From contig CAZYNT010000001.1 of NCBI GenBank assembly GCA_964648205.1, positions 47,765 to 111,764 of the forward strand: DNA of 64,000 nucleotides, in the 5' to 3' direction. The notes under the pieces were generated by a model, which was not told the DNA's origin, did not search any database, and saw only the letters and a program-made list of their open reading frames with translations. This DNA comes from an uncultured Gammaproteobacteria bacterium. GTDB lineage: Bacteria > Patescibacteriota > Patescibacteriia > Patescibacteriales > UBA12465. The position numbers and the translations under genes are program-made. Positions 1 to 9,301 of this stretch are shown here, piece by piece. Numbering within the stretch: the first letter of the stretch is position 1; each line of letters begins with the position of its first letter.

Positions 1-313
1 ATTTTTTTGAATTACAACCACAAAAATTACGAAAATTTAGATAAACAAAATTTGTTTGAACGGAAAAATCTTTGTTAACTTCAACAGAATACCTTTCAAC
101 ATTAAAAACTAAAGACTCTTCAGAATTATCACCATAACTCAGAATACAAGGACTACCTACCGGCAAATCAAATTGGTTAACTTCTTTTTTAAAGTGAGTG
201 TAAGATAAACTTTTCCCTCTAAATAATTCTCTCCGAGAAAATTCTTCCTCTAACTCATTACACAAACTTGAGTCTTTTAAAGACGCAAAACTAAGTACTA
301 AAATTTTTTTCAT
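1..313 (-). CDS. hypothetical protein, 3'-truncated by window edge
   Basis: Hand-translated open frame from ATG at 313 (MKKILVLSFASLKDSSLCNELEEEF...) runs to position 1 without a stop. Confidence 0.6.
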   Translation of the reverse strand, partial: MKKILVLSFASLKDSSLCNELEEEFSRRELFRGKSLSYTHFKKEVNQFDLPVGSPCILSYGDNSEESLVFNVERYSVEVNKDFSVQTNFVYLNFRNFCGCNSKK

Positions 314-395
314 TTCAAAATATTTTTGTTAAGGTTAAAGAATATTGTTAAAGAATAATAAAAAAATAAGTATAATTGCTATATTCTTGTCAATG

Positions 396-466
396 CACGG
401 GATGGAGGTGTTGCGCCCCCGCTTGAGGATTTGGAGTCCCCTGTACTACTGTTATACTAATCCCGC
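396..466 (-). tRNA. tRNA-Trp(CCA), non-canonical T-loop
   Basis: Acceptor GCGGGAT/ATCCCGT, anticodon arm GGGGA-CTCCAAA-TCCTC, T-arm GGGGG-CGCAACA-CCTCC. Confidence 0.85.
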
Positions 467-503
467 AATCCTCCGGCTTGGCCGGAGTATATGATTAAAA
501 AAA

Positions 504-1031
504 TTAATAATTCTCTGCCAAGAGCTCAAAGAAAGCTTGAGGGTGGCTGCAGGCCGGGCAGGAAGCCGGCGCCTCGAGACCCTCATGAATATGACCGCAA
601 TTAGCGCATTTCCAACGTTTGATTTCCGGCTTTTTAAACACTTCCCCTTTTTCAATATTCTCCAATAACTTGCGGTAGCGCTTCTCATGCGCTCTTTCTA
701 CTTCCGCCACTTCCTTGAATAGGCGGGCGACATCTTCGTGACCCTCTTCAAGCGCTTCTTTTTCCATAGTCGGATACATCGTCGTATTTTCATAATTCTC
801 TCCTTCGGCAGCAGCTTTTAAATTGGCGGCGACTTCTCCTATTAGGCCCAATTGTTTAGCCCAAATTTTGGCATGTTCTTTTTCATTATTCGCGGTTTCC
901 TCGAAAAGAGAGGCGATTTGCTCATAGCCAGCTTTGCGCGCGACTGAAGCAAAATAGGTATATTTATTTCTGGCCATGGATTCGCCGGCAAACGCGGCTT
1001 CTAAATTTTTTTGTGTTTTTGGTCCGAACAT
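504..1031 (-). CDS. rbr: rubrerythrin
   Basis: AFAGES, EKEHA and ERAHE di-iron motifs plus C-terminal rubredoxin CxxC...CPAC. Confidence 0.95.
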   Translation of the reverse strand: MFGPKTQKNLEAAFAGESMARNKYTYFASVARKAGYEQIASLFEETANNEKEHAKIWAKQLGLIGEVAANLKAAAEGENYENTTMYPTMEKEALEEGHEDVARLFKEVAEVERAHEKRYRKLLENIEKGEVFKKPEIKRWKCANCGHIHEGLEAPASCPACSHPQAFFELLAENY

Positions 1032-1051
1032 AAATTTAAAATTAATTTATA

Positions 1052-2176
1052 TTAAGATTTATTCTTAAAACTTTTCGGCCTATCTTCTATGGCTTCTTTC
1101 TTAGCCTCTTCGCATCCCGTCCCCTCCAGGCTCCCGCAGAATTCTAATTCATAAAGATGTAAAACGGTTACGGCCAAAGCAACGATTAGCGGCCCCAAGA
1201 TCACCCCCCAGAAACCGAATACGACAATACCGCCTAAAATAGAAAATAAGACAAAAATCGGGTTTATCTCTGCTTTGTCTTTTATCATATAGGCGCGGAC
1301 GATATTATCGGTAGTGCCGATGACAATCGCTCCCCACAGAAAAATAAATATACCTTGCCAAATATCACCAATCAAGAGGTAAAAAATTCCGACCGGAACA
1401 TAAAAAATCATCGAACCGAGATACGGAATTAGAGACAATAGGGCGACCAATATCCCGGCGAGAAACGCCGGAAAACCGACGATCGCAAAACCAATAGCGC
1501 CGACTACGCCCTGGGCGATAGCGGCGACGAAAGTCGAAACGAAAGTCGTGTAGCTGACTGCGCGGAATTTACGGAAGAGCTCTTGATCATATTTATTCGG
1601 AAGTGGCGACAAATACATGAAGCGCGTCAGCATTTTTTTCCCGTCCACGAAAAAGAAGAACATCGCCAGTATTATAAGTACTATGGAAACCAAAAAATTT
1701 GTCGTTTCGACGATGGCAAAAGTCGCGCCGGACAGCAGCCAATCGCTTGATTGCTTGAGCGTGCTTAAAAATGCATCCTGGAAAGCTTGGTCTTGAAAAT
1801 TATATTTATCGAGGTTTAAATAGCGCAAAGCACTATTTTGGAAAAAATCATTTCGAAAAACATCATTTAAATTATGGTCGCTGAAAAAAGAAACAGTTTC
1901 ATTATAAGCCGCCACTGATTTATCGGCGCCGTAAACAATCAGACGGATAGTCGGGAGAATGATAACGGCTACCAATAGCAGACACATCAGGATAGCGGCC
2001 AAATTGCGCCGCCCTTTTAAAAATCTAGCGAGAGCGTTGAACGGACGATAAAAAATAGTGGCCAGTATTGCCGCTACTAAAATCTCCGTGAGAAACGGCC
2101 TAAACACCAAGTAGCAGCCGATGATGACCAGAAGGACAAGAATCAGCAGAAAAGGCTTGGTTAAATTTTTAGGCAT
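1052..2176 (-). CDS. AI-2E family transporter
   Basis: Multi-TM protein with DNIVRA..., FSILGG..FGFWGVILGP motifs. Confidence 0.9.
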   Translation of the reverse strand: MPKNLTKPFLLILVLLVIIGCYLVFRPFLTEILVAAILATIFYRPFNALARFLKGRRNLAAILMCLLLVAVIILPTIRLIVYGADKSVAAYNETVSFFSDHNLNDVFRNDFFQNSALRYLNLDKYNFQDQAFQDAFLSTLKQSSDWLLSGATFAIVETTNFLVSIVLIILAMFFFFVDGKKMLTRFMYLSPLPNKYDQELFRKFRAVSYTTFVSTFVAAIAQGVVGAIGFAIVGFPAFLAGILVALLSLIPYLGSMIFYVPVGIFYLLIGDIWQGIFIFLWGAIVIGTTDNIVRAYMIKDKAEINPIFVLFSILGGIVVFGFWGVILGPLIVALAVTVLHLYELEFCGSLEGTGCEEAKKEAIEDRPKSFKNKS

Positions 2177-2182
2177 ATTAAA

Positions 2183-2338
2183 TTATTTAGTTTCTTTATG
2201 TAAAGTATGTTTTTTACATTTGTTGCAAAACTTCATCATTTCCAGGCGTTCTTTCAAAATTTTTTTATTTTTATGAGAATGGTAGTTTGTCGTCTTGCAA
2301 ACAGTACATTCTAACTTCATCATGTTGTCTTGGGACAT
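2183..2338 (-). CDS. rpmG: 50S ribosomal protein L33 (zinc-ribbon type)
   Basis: Hand translation [51 protein letters not shown]; absent from ORF track. Confidence 0.95.
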   Translation of the reverse strand: MSQDNMMKLECTVCKTTNYHSHKNKKILKERLEMMKFCNKCKKHTLHKETK

Positions 2339-2440
2339 ATTTTTCTTAAAATTAATTTATATATAAACAATATAGAAAAACGAGCTAAAAGTCAACCTGG
2401 GGCGGATAGAATTATTTAGTTATTCCTGGCTAAATTTTCT

Positions 2441-3316
2441 TTATTTTTGGCAATTCGGACAATAATGGGTTCCGCGGCCGGCCAGTTTGATGCGCCTGAT
2501 TTTACGGCCGCAAACCAAACAGTTTTCCTGGTGGCGGCCATAGACCTTTAAAAATTGGGAAAAATTGCCTTTTTGGCCCCGAGAATCTACATAATTATTG
2601 AATGTCGTGCCTCGATAAGCAATCGCTTTTTTTATTAATTTGTTGATTTCTTTAGTTAGCATCATTACTTCTCCGGCTTTCAATTTATTCGCTTTCCTGA
2701 GCGGACTAATTTTAGCGCCAAAAAGAGATTCGTCAACATATATATTGCCGAGTCCGGCGATTAACTTTTGATTCAGAAGCACCGCCTTGATATTAGTTTT
2801 CCGGGATGCAAAAATATTTTGCAGCCGGCTGGCCGTGAATTCTTCAGTCAAAGGCTCCGGCCCATAGCTGCTAATCAGTATTTTTTCCAAACCAGCTTGA
2901 TCTGCCAGCTTTAGATAGCCGAATTTTCTCAGATCATTAAAAAATAACCGCCCGCCGCCCGTAAATGAAAATTCCGCGCGCGTATGTTTATTCGGGAGTT
3001 TTCCGCCGACTGATTTTTCATAGAATCCGGAATTTAAACTGTGCCCGCCGACAATTTTTATTTTCGGCGATTGATAAATTAACTGGCCGGTCATCTTTAG
3101 GTGGATTAAAAGAAAAAAACCGTTTTCAAAAGAGAAAATTAATAGCTTGCCTCTCCTGCCGATAGAGGCCAGCCGGCGCCCGACCAAGATTTTTTTAAAA
3201 AAAGCCGCAGAGTGCGATGCGGTTTTATGAGAAAAAATTTTAAGCGCCTTAATTTTCTGGCCGATAAGCACGCTCAAATCACGTCGGATAGTTTCAACTT
3301 CTGGCAATTCGGGCAT
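2441..3316 (-). CDS. mutM: formamidopyrimidine-DNA glycosylase
   Basis: MPELPEVE N-terminus, HLKMTG, GLGNIY, C-terminal zinc finger. Confidence 0.97.
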   Translation of the reverse strand: MPELPEVETIRRDLSVLIGQKIKALKIFSHKTASHSAAFFKKILVGRRLASIGRRGKLLIFSFENGFFLLIHLKMTGQLIYQSPKIKIVGGHSLNSGFYEKSVGGKLPNKHTRAEFSFTGGGRLFFNDLRKFGYLKLADQAGLEKILISSYGPEPLTEEFTASRLQNIFASRKTNIKAVLLNQKLIAGLGNIYVDESLFGAKISPLRKANKLKAGEVMMLTKEINKLIKKAIAYRGTTFNNYVDSRGQKGNFSQFLKVYGRHQENCLVCGRKIRRIKLAGRGTHYCPNCQK

Positions 3317-3319
3317 ATT

Positions 3320-3424
3320 CTAGAAAGATAATAAAATAATAATCACGATTGCAAGCGCCGCAAAGAGGGCGGCAAATATCTTTACCAGGCTAAGACCCAG
3401 TTTGTCTGGATTGAATAATGGCAT
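3320..3424 (-). CDS. 34-aa single-TM small protein
   Basis: MPLFNPDKLGLSLVKIFAALFAALAIVIIILLSF fills the gap between tRNA-Tyr and mutM. Confidence 0.5.
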   Translation of the reverse strand: MPLFNPDKLGLSLVKIFAALFAALAIVIIILLSF

Positions 3425-3434
3425 AATAATGAGG

Positions 3435-3517
3435 TGGGCCGAGTTGGATTCGAACCAACGAAGGCGTGAGCCAGCAGATTTACAGTCTGCCCCAGTTGAC
3501 CGCTTTGGTATCGACCC
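3435..3517 (-). tRNA. tRNA-Tyr(GTA)
   Basis: GGGTCGA...GCAGA-CTGTAAA-TCTGC, long variable arm, GGTTCGAATCC. Confidence 0.95.
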
Positions 3518-3617
3518 TATTTTCTTATAATCCTTGTCTTATAATAAAAAAAATATCAACTCTTGTCAAACCGAACGAACCAAGCATCGGCCGCCGTTGA
3601 TATTTTTTAAAATTTTT

Positions 3618-3992
3618 TTATTTTACAGCTAAAATCAGGACGCGAACCAAACCATAGGAAGCGAAAATAATTACCAAGCCGATGGCTGACCAAATTATAA
3701 TATCGCGCCCTTTTTTAATTTTTTCCGCGCTGCCGCCGGATATCATCCAGGTTAGTCCCCCATAAATAAACATCAACAAGGCGATTGAACCGACTACTCC
3801 TAAAACAGAATTGATTATTTTAGCAATTAAAAGCTGCGGAGTTTTTGTCTCTCCCAAGGGGTTTTCCAGACAAGTGGCACAGGGGGTTTTAGGCGAATTA
3901 GTATTCGAATTGCCCGGTGCCACATCTGCTAAAGCCAGAGAAAATGGAATTAATATCAAAGCTGAAAACGAAATAAATAAAAACTTTTTCAT
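3618..3992 (-). CDS. CPR-type pilin (TrbC/VirB2-like)
   Basis: Signal peptide, LENPLG, two TMs, IYGGLTWMISGGSAEKIKKGR..IIWSAIGL pattern. Confidence 0.8.
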   Translation of the reverse strand: MKKFLFISFSALILIPFSLALADVAPGNSNTNSPKTPCATCLENPLGETKTPQLLIAKIINSVLGVVGSIALLMFIYGGLTWMISGGSAEKIKKGRDIIIWSAIGLVIIFASYGLVRVLILAVK

Positions 3993-4046
3993 GTTTTTAG
4001 TGATAATTATTATTTAATATTATACCATATCATTAAAGAAAAAAAA

Positions 4047-4076
4047 ACAGGCTGACCGAAATGGTGGTCAACCTGT
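4047..4076. terminator. intrinsic terminator-like hairpin
   Basis: ACAGGCTGACC...GGTCAACCTGT followed by a T-tract on the minus strand. Confidence 0.6.
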
Positions 4077-4107
4077 GTAGAGTAGTGAAATGCTCTGGCT
4101 TAAGAAC

Positions 4108-5298
4108 TTACGAGCTTAATTTCAAGCTCATCTGTTCTTTGCTTAAGTTTTTCACTTTAAAAGTGTATTTCCCGGGCCAAGGCTTGCCGTCCCAGGAGTG
4201 AGCGATAGTTCCGTCCTTATAGGTAAGGATGAATGTCGCTTTTCTATTCGTAAACGTGTATGAGAGGCACTGGCCGCTGATTTTCAGCCAGCCCGATTCT
4301 TCGCCGTCGGCGAGATTAAGGGGATATTCTCCGGCCTGCCAATACTCAGTCACAGATTCTTCCGGCTGAGAACTGGGGATCGTTTCTTCCGAAGTGGTTT
4401 CGGGGTCCAATTCTATAGCTTCCCGCGAACCGATTTCCACCAAATCAACTTCGACCCACATCTTCTTGCCACCAACATAAGATCCGTTCGCTTTGGGCAA
4501 ACGGATTTCCACGAAACCCTGTCCGTTATATTCGAAGATCTCATTCTTGTGACTGACAAGCAGGAAAACATCATCCTTTTTAAGGTTGACGTTTATATCC
4601 CTGAGCACAGGGATATCATTAATGAGCTTTTTTTTGTAAGCTACTCGGACATCCTTTTTCAGATGTCCATATGTAGCGGTCGAATACGATTTGATGCGCA
4701 GACTTCCGCGATCGGCAGCCGTATTTTCCGCACCGCCAATCGCCTTCAAGAAACCAGTGTTGGCGCGATAAGTATCAGGAAAAATGTATTTGATTCCGGT
4801 AATGATAAGCAAGATAACGACGATGGGGAAAACGAGTTTTTCCAAAGCGTTAATCTTTACAGTCATCCCCGAAAAGATACCGACCGCCAAGGCAGTTAGA
4901 AGAATCAGTTTAAAACTCGATATAGTGTCCGGATAAAGAACACCGAGAAAACCGACAAAACATAACCAAGCGGCTAAAGCTTTAATCGATTTCGGAAAAG
5001 TTTTTACCCGGAAAATCCTGAGGATTATTCCTGCCGGTAGCCAGATGGCGTAAACCAAACCGGCAGCCAGGCCGAAAGCCAAACCTTTATAGACTCCCGA
5101 GGGGATAAACAGACCCGTGAAAACGAGCAGAACGATTACGCCCAGAACAACCAGCGCGGCAATCGAGTAGAGGCGGACGAAGTTTGCGGCTATCGTCGAT
5201 ATATTTGCCCCTGCATTCATAATGAAATTGCGGAATGTCGGCCAAGCGATAAAAAGTGTAATGGCGACAATGATTAAAAGCCAGAATATAGTTGACAT
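4108..5298 (-). CDS. hypothetical membrane protein with soluble C-terminal region
   Basis: About six N-terminal hydrophobic segments; strong SD AGGAG. Confidence 0.75.
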   Translation of the reverse strand: MSTIFWLLIIVAITLFIAWPTFRNFIMNAGANISTIAANFVRLYSIAALVVLGVIVLLVFTGLFIPSGVYKGLAFGLAAGLVYAIWLPAGIILRIFRVKTFPKSIKALAAWLCFVGFLGVLYPDTISSFKLILLTALAVGIFSGMTVKINALEKLVFPIVVILLIITGIKYIFPDTYRANTGFLKAIGGAENTAADRGSLRIKSYSTATYGHLKKDVRVAYKKKLINDIPVLRDINVNLKKDDVFLLVSHKNEIFEYNGQGFVEIRLPKANGSYVGGKKMWVEVDLVEIGSREAIELDPETTSEETIPSSQPEESVTEYWQAGEYPLNLADGEESGWLKISGQCLSYTFTNRKATFILTYKDGTIAHSWDGKPWPGKYTFKVKNLSKEQMSLKLSS

Positions 5299-5329
5299 TT
5301 TTTGGTCTCCTTTTTCTTTTAGTTTCTTT

Positions 5330-5998
5330 TTATCTTCTCATTTTTCTTGCCCACCGATCAAGAAAGTTTTCCTGCGTCATCCTGGCTTCCAAATCTCCTT
5401 TCAGAGAATCAACGCTAGTCTTGACTTCATCCAAAACTTTCTTTACCTCGGGGTGATTCACTACGGCATTATAGCCCTTAGCTATATTTTCAGCCGTTTC
5501 TTTAATCCTCTTGTCCGAGGTATCGAGGGAGTTGCTGGCCTGGAAAAAGGCCTTAATTTGGTTTTTATTCATTTTCGCGAGTAAAGCGATAACCTGCGCG
5601 CCGCGGATATTAGCGGTTACAGTCGTTTCCTTGAAAACCTGTTTGCCTTTCTTATCGGTAACAGCTACTCCGTTTTCTACGATAGGGGTCTCAATCTTAC
5701 AGACTTGTTCGCTCTGGCCGATAATTTCAATTACGCGCCGCCTTTCATTGGCCGGCAGGCTGTTTATAACAATTATAATTTTGGCGATCTCGGCCGGGGT
5801 GACTTTAAACTCCGTCATCGCGTAACTGCAGGCTCCCTGGAAAAGTGCTTCGTCATGGACGCCGCGGCCACCAGTATGAGCCTTAAGAAAATCTTCACCG
5901 CTTTTTTTAAGCGGTTCTTTTACTGCGTCCAGGGCTTTGATAATAAACCCTTCAATCCCGCCTTCAAGGATGGCGTTTCCTATTGTCCTTGCATTCAT
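5330..5998 (-). CDS. hypothetical protein
   Basis: 222-aa ORF with SD AGGAG, co-oriented with the downstream gene. Confidence 0.75.
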   Translation of the reverse strand: MNARTIGNAILEGGIEGFIIKALDAVKEPLKKSGEDFLKAHTGGRGVHDEALFQGACSYAMTEFKVTPAEIAKIIIVINSLPANERRRVIEIIGQSEQVCKIETPIVENGVAVTDKKGKQVFKETTVTANIRGAQVIALLAKMNKNQIKAFFQASNSLDTSDKRIKETAENIAKGYNAVVNHPEVKKVLDEVKTSVDSLKGDLEARMTQENFLDRWARKMRR

Positions 5999-6081
5999 GT
6001 TTTGGTCTCCTATATTTTTTGTTTGTTTTCAGTTTTTAAAGGGCTTTTTTGCCTAAGCATCCGAGCCTCATTGTTCAAATA

Positions 6082-6110
6082 ATTATATCACTTTTTATTA
6101 TTTCTGTCAA
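6082..6110 (-). promoter_or_regulatory. sigma70 promoter
   Basis: TTGACA-17 nt-TATAAT with extended TG on the minus strand, upstream of 5998. Confidence 0.75.
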
Positions 6111-6222
6111 CTATTTAGCAACTACACAAAAATGTCCGAAACAAATACTTGTTCATTATAAAATAATTGACTAATAATAAACAAAAAAACCGCCTAAATA
6201 GCGATTCTTTTTATAAAACAGG

Positions 6223-6295
6223 AGCCGTTGACCGGGATTGAACCGGTGACCTTCTCCTTACCATGGAGATGCTCTACCAGCTGAGCTACAACGGC
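6223..6295 (-). tRNA. tRNA-Thr(GGT)
   Basis: GCCGTTG...TCTCC-ATGGTAA-GGAGA...GGTTCAATCCC. Confidence 0.95.
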
Positions 6296-6307
6296 GGTTT
6301 TTTGATG

Positions 6308-7114
6308 CTATAAATTTTTTATCTTCTCCTGCCAGTCGGACAATTTATTATTCTCCGGATTAACCGCCGCTAATTTCTCAAGTGAAGCGGCCGCCAATTC
6401 TTTATCTTTTTTTATTATACTTAAATCCAAAATTAAATCAAGGTAACGCGGGCTGTTCGGCTCTAAATCAAGCGCTTCGCGGACGCTTTCCAGAGCCGAA
6501 TCCAAGTCTCCCGCCTCCCTTTCAACCCAAGACAGAGAAAAATAAATTTCCTGGAGAGTTAATCCTTCCATAATCGTTTCATCGTCTTTATTTTGGCGCG
6601 CCAGTTTCAAAGCATATTCGTAGGTTTGCCTGGCCTCCGACCATTTCTTCTGTTCATCATAAAGCGAACCGAGTTTAAAGAAAGCCGACAAATTTTTTTG
6701 ATCCAAACTGATAATCTCCACTAATTTTTCTTCCGCTTCACTGAAATTTTCCTTTTTAAGCGCGTCGGCGTAAGCGATAAAAAGATCCTTGATCCTTTTC
6801 TGCTTCTCGATAAAAGGAATTTTGGCCGCGCTCTTATAATTCAATTTAATTTTCTTCAACTGCTCCTGCGATGATTTAAGGAACAACGAAATCCTCCGGC
6901 TCATAGCCAGCCAAAACCGAGCCGCCCTGCCCCCCAAGCGAGCCAAATCTCTTTCAACTTTTTGCTTGATAATCTGATCCTTAAACTTGGCCTCTTTTTC
7001 GCCCGGCATATTATTAATATCCAAAATCGCCAAAGCGGGGAATTTTTTTAAAATTATCACTAAAATAATAACCAAGCAAAGTCCAATTAAAATAATAGAG
7101 AAAATAGTGGGCAT
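6308..7114 (-). CDS. membrane-anchored TPR protein
   Basis: N-terminal TM; TPR-like helical repeats (AFFKLGSLY, ALDLEPNSPRY). Confidence 0.85.
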   Translation of the reverse strand: MPTIFSIILIGLCLVIILVIILKKFPALAILDINNMPGEKEAKFKDQIIKQKVERDLARLGGRAARFWLAMSRRISLFLKSSQEQLKKIKLNYKSAAKIPFIEKQKRIKDLFIAYADALKKENFSEAEEKLVEIISLDQKNLSAFFKLGSLYDEQKKWSEARQTYEYALKLARQNKDDETIMEGLTLQEIYFSLSWVEREAGDLDSALESVREALDLEPNSPRYLDLILDLSIIKKDKELAAASLEKLAAVNPENNKLSDWQEKIKNL

Positions 7115-7130
7115 ATATTTTTTAATCTGT

Positions 7131-7868
7131 TTATTTTATGATTTTAGAAAATTCCGCTATTTTCAAACTGGCGCCGCCGACAAGTAGGCCGTCGATATTC
7201 TCCCGGCCAAGAAAACTTGCTGCGTTCAGCTCATTAACGCTTCCTCCGTATATCACGCGCACTGATTTATGTAAAATTTCGCCGGCTTGATTCTTGATAA
7301 ATTTCTGTATTTCATCAGCCTCGGCAGGCATGATCGGCTTCGCGTTTTTATTCGTGCTTATCGCCCAAACCGGCTCATAAGCTATGACTAAATCGTTAGC
7401 GGTTTTAATCTTGACTCCTTTTAAGGCGTGGCGCAGCTCCGCCCGCAAATATTCCTTGGTCTGTCCCGCCTCCCTTTCGGCTAATTTTTCCCCGATGCAC
7501 AGAACTGGAACTAGTTTATTTATAAGAGCCGCTTTAATTTTACTGTTGATAATAGATGAATTTTCATGCAGATACTCGCGTCTTTCGCTGTGGCCTAAAA
7601 TAACATATTTAACGCCCAAAGTTTTTAAGCTGGCTGGCGAAACTTCACCGGTATAGGCGCCTTTGGCGGAAACCGCGCTGTCCTGCGCTCCCAAAATAAA
7701 CCGGGTCGGCTTTAAAATCGGACCAACAAACGGCAAAGCGGCATAATCCGGACAAACGACCACATCATTATTATAGATTTTTATTTTCTTTGCCAACTGC
7801 CGCGCCAGTGCCAAACTTTCTTTAATGGTCATCTGCATCTTCCAATTAGCCATGATTAATTTTTTCAT
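7131..7868 (-). CDS. tpiA: triosephosphate isomerase
   Basis: ANWKM, GHSERR, AYEPVWAI, YGGSV, LVGGASL. Confidence 0.97.
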   Translation of the reverse strand: MKKLIMANWKMQMTIKESLALARQLAKKIKIYNNDVVVCPDYAALPFVGPILKPTRFILGAQDSAVSAKGAYTGEVSPASLKTLGVKYVILGHSERREYLHENSSIINSKIKAALINKLVPVLCIGEKLAEREAGQTKEYLRAELRHALKGVKIKTANDLVIAYEPVWAISTNKNAKPIMPAEADEIQKFIKNQAGEILHKSVRVIYGGSVNELNAASFLGRENIDGLLVGGASLKIAEFSKIIK

Positions 7869-7874
7869 ATGCTT

Positions 7875-8801
7875 TTAATTTTTTAAATCCTGCGCCCACT
7901 TGATGGTACGTTTAATCCCATCTCCTAAATCGACCTGCGGCGCCCAATCCAAGACTTCCTGAGCGCGGGTATAGCTTAGGCAGCTTCTTCTTTGTTCGCC
8001 CGGTTTGGCCGGCATTTCTTTTATTTTAACCGGGGCATCAAGCGCTTTGGCAATCCCTTCGCGGATATCAAGCAGGTTGGTTTCAATGCCGGAGCCGATA
8101 TTTATTTCCCCTCGGCAATCAATATTAAGCGCGAGGAATAAGCCGCGCACGACATCATCAACATAAACAAAATCCCGCGTCTGCCGCCCGTCGCCATATT
8201 GGAAACTTTCTAAATTCTTCACCGCATTATCAATGAAAATAGCAATCACCCCCGCTTCTCCGCCTTTAAACTGGCGCGGCCCGTAAACATTGGCGAAGCG
8301 CAAAACCGTATAATTCAAGCCGTAGACCTGGTAATAATAGTTCAAATATTTTTCCAGGGTAAGCTTGTGGATGCCATAGGGAGAAACCGGATAAGTCGGG
8401 GCTGTTTCCGGCGTCGGTATTTCCTCGGCGTCGCCATAAATTGCGCCTCCGGTTGAAGCCATAATTATTTTCTTCACTTTATTAAGATGCGAGTTCTGGA
8501 TAATATTCAATCCTCCTAGCACATTTATCTTATTATCATATTCCGGTTTTTCGACGGAAACGCGCACGTCAATCTGGGCGGCTAAATGATAGACAAAATC
8601 AAATTTTTCCTTTTTAAAAATCTTGGCGATCTTAGGCGAGCAGATATCCGCTTCGTAAAAAGTCGCCTGAGGATTTATATACTCTTTTTTGCCCGAAGAC
8701 AAATCATCAATAACGACAACTTCGTGCCTCTCGGCTATTAATTTATCCACTAGAGTCGAACCGATAAACCCGGCGCCGCCGGTAACAAGTATTTTTGACA
8801 T
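7875..8801 (-). CDS. NAD-dependent epimerase/dehydratase (UDP-glucose 4-epimerase-like)
   Basis: GGAGFIG, STGGAIYG, YxxxK (YGIHK), RDFVYVDD; start placed at MSKILV. Confidence 0.92.
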   Translation of the reverse strand: MSKILVTGGAGFIGSTLVDKLIAERHEVVVIDDLSSGKKEYINPQATFYEADICSPKIAKIFKKEKFDFVYHLAAQIDVRVSVEKPEYDNKINVLGGLNIIQNSHLNKVKKIIMASTGGAIYGDAEEIPTPETAPTYPVSPYGIHKLTLEKYLNYYYQVYGLNYTVLRFANVYGPRQFKGGEAGVIAIFIDNAVKNLESFQYGDGRQTRDFVYVDDVVRGLFLALNIDCRGEINIGSGIETNLLDIREGIAKALDAPVKIKEMPAKPGEQRRSCLSYTRAQEVLDWAPQVDLGDGIKRTIKWAQDLKN

Positions 8802-8830
8802 ATAACGATATGATAACATTATTTTTGGAT

Positions 8831-9077
8831 AAAAAAAACCCCGAACGTAATCTTGTTCGGGGTGCCTCTTCGTGGAATTTTTTTCCTTTGAATTAAGCCC
8901 CGTGGGCGTAGGGGCGGCCGGCGGATCAGTGTTTTTTCGTCTTTGACGAAAACGGCTGACCGCGAATAATGTGCTTTCTCATGGCGTTTTTTTTGGTTTT
9001 GTTTTGACCGAACGTCAGCGTGACGCCGGGCATACTGGATCAAGCCATCGGTCATAGACCATGGCTAAAAAAACGGT
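8831..9077 (-). ncRNA. candidate structured small RNA or leader
   Basis: Own promoter (9084-9112), several hairpins, terminator ACCCCGAAC/GTTCGGGGT plus T-tract at 8831-8863. Confidence 0.4.
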
Positions 9078-9083
9078 AATTAC

Positions 9084-9112
9084 ACTATACACTATAAATA
9101 ATTTTTTGTCAA
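9084..9112 (-). promoter_or_regulatory. sigma70 promoter
   Basis: TTGACA-17 nt-TATAGT on the minus strand. Confidence 0.65.
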
Positions 9113-9301
9113 GATTAATGACTAATTTACATCAATAAATACCTCGTTTTTAAGCTCTTTTTCACCCTTGCTTTCATATAATTTTTTTGCTAAAATAATG
9201 GTAGATAATTAATTAATTCAGTCTGTTAACCAAGTAGAAAAAACAACCTAAAAATACCCAAAATAACGGGAATTTTTTGTTTTTAATTCTGTTTATAAAA
9301 T

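Noticed and set aside
8819-9055. 78-aa basic ORF
   Set aside because: It runs through a terminator hairpin and has no recognisable motif; the structured-RNA reading fits better
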